Source of the DNA: an uncultured Candidatus Saccharibacteria bacterium
Lineage (GTDB): Bacteria > Patescibacteriota > Minisyncoccia > UBA6257 > GWB1-50-10
Assembly (NCBI GenBank): GCA_964534105.1
Contig: CAZHOF010000001.1
Coordinates: forward strand, 13,126-48,243
Direction: 5' to 3'
Length of the DNA stretch: 35,118 bases
Position numbers and translations under genes: made by a program. The notes beneath the pieces are model-generated. The model ran no database searches. It worked only from the letters and a program-made list of their open reading frames with translations, and was not told the origin of the DNA. Each line of letters opens with the position of its first letter. Position 1 is the first letter of the stretch. Below, in pieces: positions 33,522 through 35,118 of this stretch.

Positions 33522-33814
33522 CAAGAGTAACTAAGCAATCCGGCGTCTTGCCGTGGCAAGCAACAAATATTTCTACTGCACCATCTAAACCTGGAGTTTA
33601 TGCACTAAGGACTTCGACCGAAATAAGCAGTGTTGTTTACATAGGAAGTTCTGACAACATTGAAAGAAGGCTGAATGAGCATTTTTTGTTAGGCGATATT
33701 CCTGGGATTTCGTTCTTTGACTGGTATGAGGCCGACTCTATGGAAGCCGCACGAGAGCTTGAAAAAGAGTGGATAGTTAAACATTCTCCAAAATACAATA
33801 CTCGGGTTGGGTAA
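33518..33814 (+). CDS. GIY-YIG domain nuclease
   Basis: 98 aa: PGVYALR...VVYIGSSDNIERRLNEH, ..ARELEKEWI. Start overlaps the upstream stop (ATGA). Confidence 0.75.
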   Translation: MTRVTKQSGVLPWQATNISTAPSKPGVYALRTSTEISSVVYIGSSDNIERRLNEHFLLGDIPGISFFDWYEADSMEAARELEKEWIVKHSPKYNTRVG

Positions 33815-33853
33815 TGGTGATTTGATGATTTTGTGATGATATGATGTAGATAT

Positions 33854-34396
33854 ATGGGTATCCTGGTTCGCAGCTATACGGAAGACGGTTATCAGTCCAT
33901 TCCCTCAGTGCGTCTTTCGGACGAGGAGTATGGAAGAGGATTGCAATGTTTCGTGCCGGTGTGTACGGACATTGCTATTATCGACCGGAAGACGCAAACG
34001 ATCTATCTGGCTAAACGAAAAACGAAACCGATGCCCGATTGGTGGTGGATCGGCGGCCGCATGGAACCGCACGAGACGAAAGAGGAAGCCGCGGTAAGAA
34101 GCTTCGAACGCGAAACCGGCTTAAAACTCCCTCAAAACCGTTTTCAGCTGGCCACAATTTTCGATTATCGTTACAAAGATCGGGCTCAAACGCCGCAGGA
34201 GATCGGATGTCACACTCTCGGCTACACGTTTGTTGTTGAGCTGGAACCGGCGGAACTAGCTTTCGCGTCTTCTCATCTTGAAAGACATGAATATGAACCA
34301 AGCGCCGGTCTTCCTCCTTTTAATCGGGAACAATTAATCGAAAAGAATGTATTCCCAGCAATCCTCGATCTTTTTAACCATGTTTTTCCGATTTGA
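33854..34396 (+). CDS. NUDIX hydrolase
   Basis: Nudix box GGRMEPHETKEEAAVRSFERETGL. Confidence 0.85.
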   Translation: MGILVRSYTEDGYQSIPSVRLSDEEYGRGLQCFVPVCTDIAIIDRKTQTIYLAKRKTKPMPDWWWIGGRMEPHETKEEAAVRSFERETGLKLPQNRFQLATIFDYRYKDRAQTPQEIGCHTLGYTFVVELEPAELAFASSHLERHEYEPSAGLPPFNREQLIEKNVFPAILDLFNHVFPI

Positions 34397-34439
34397 TACA
34401 TGCCTAGAGAACGAAAAAATCAACAAGAACAAGAGTTAT

Positions 34440-34457
34440 TACGTAATTAATTACGTA
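34440..34457. repeat. 18-bp perfect palindrome
   Basis: TACGTAATTAATTACGTA, followed by a third TACGTA at 34464-34469. It lies between convergent genes. Confidence 0.9.
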
Positions 34458-34582
34458 CCGCCCTACGTACCTCCTAAAAGATAACGTCGGCACATCCCTA
34501 ATTCGTGCGAGTTAGGAATGTAGGGGAGGCAATATATAAGAAGGATTAAGAGGATTGTTCTATTACTGTAGTCTTACGGACA

Positions 34583-34618
34583 GAAAACCGCCCCGAAGAT
34601 ATGTGTCGGGACGGTTTC
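34583..34618 (-). terminator. Intrinsic terminator of the 34624..35088 gene
   Basis: AAACCGCCCCGA / TCGGGACGGTTT stem with one mismatch. On the minus strand it is followed by TTTTCT. Confidence 0.6.
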
Positions 34619-34623
34619 GTGAT

Positions 34624-35088
34624 CTAGACGGGGATGAGAATAGCTCCGTCGGGAGCGGTTTCAATGGGGCGGACAAATAATCCGAAATCCATGCAGAGCC
34701 GATGCGTATTTCTTGCGAAATCTTCTCCGATCCACGCAACGTACCTTTCCCGAGGATCCGCGTCTTGTTTCCGCGCTATGGCGCCGAGCGGAAGGAATCG
34801 GGCATCGTCTGGAACGCTTTCCGGGGTAACGCTGCTCGTCGAAGAATACCGCCCTCCGAGAGGATCGGGGTCGAGATAGAATATTTTATGATACCCATCT
34901 CTGCAACCCGCACGGAGAAAGAGCATCTCTTCAGGGTTTTGAGTTGGATTTCGATTGCCGTCGATCGGCTCGCGATCCGCATTGACGAGGACAACCGGCA
35001 TTCCGACGAGCACTCGAGCGGAATCGAGAAGCGGAGCAATGCGCTGAGCTTCCCGAACGAGCCTTGACACCTCTTCCGTTGCTTGCAT
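34624..35088 (-). CDS. Hypothetical protein
   Basis: 154-aa ORF with a strong AGGAGG 6 nt upstream. No recognisable motif. It looks more G+C-rich than its neighbours by eye. Confidence 0.6.
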   Translation of the reverse strand: MQATEEVSRLVREAQRIAPLLDSARVLVGMPVVLVNADREPIDGNRNPTQNPEEMLFLRAGCRDGYHKIFYLDPDPLGGRYSSTSSVTPESVPDDARFLPLGAIARKQDADPRERYVAWIGEDFARNTHRLCMDFGLFVRPIETAPDGAILIPV

Positions 35089-35118
35089 GGCAAACCTCCT
35101 TGAAATGAATTGGTAACG

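Noticed and set aside
1-35118. CRISPR arrays, rRNA genes, integrase/transposase genes, tmRNA.
   Set aside because: No regularly spaced direct repeats were seen. No rRNA-like or tmRNA-like conserved blocks were seen. No ORF showed recombinase or transposase motifs in either strand's ORF track.

Overview
35.1-kb window that looks like a small-genome, CPR/Patescibacteria-like bacterium. This is an inference from gene content: S5 is followed directly by L15 with no L30, several r-proteins are shortened or extended, and many proteins start with a zinc ribbon. About 60% of the window is conserved core. From the left: partial tRNA-Pro, rpmB, an M50 protease, a DHH phosphoesterase, RNase HI, an unusually long RNase P RNA, tRNA-Thr, a short RF2, ftsEX. 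Then comes the contiguous str/S10/spc cluster (rpsL to map, 6434-22795), with convergent topA and dprA. The right third (about 26.7-33.8 kb) is accessory. It holds tRNA-Ile, a YhbQ-like GIY-YIG gene, a scrambled tRNA-Ala locus and a nucleoside 2-deoxyribosyltransferase-like gene. It also holds an operon of three zinc-ribbon membrane proteins (one a trypsin-like protease) and a four-gene operon (polytopic membrane protein, coiled-coil/2TM protein, Zn-ribbon PD-(D/E)xK nuclease, GIY-YIG nuclease). A NUDIX gene and an unknown minus-strand gene follow. The most unusual signal is a set of three short insertion-like (or intron-like) elements with complementary TCCC(G)...(C)GGGA termini. They sit precisely at G^CAA-type sites: two in tRNA-Ala-like anticodon loops (3663-3730, 27162-27323) and one in codon 12 of topA (24819-24964). 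In each case an intact spare copy of the interrupted sequence, or a nested intact tRNA, lies alongside. No rRNA genes, CRISPR arrays, integrases or transposases were seen.
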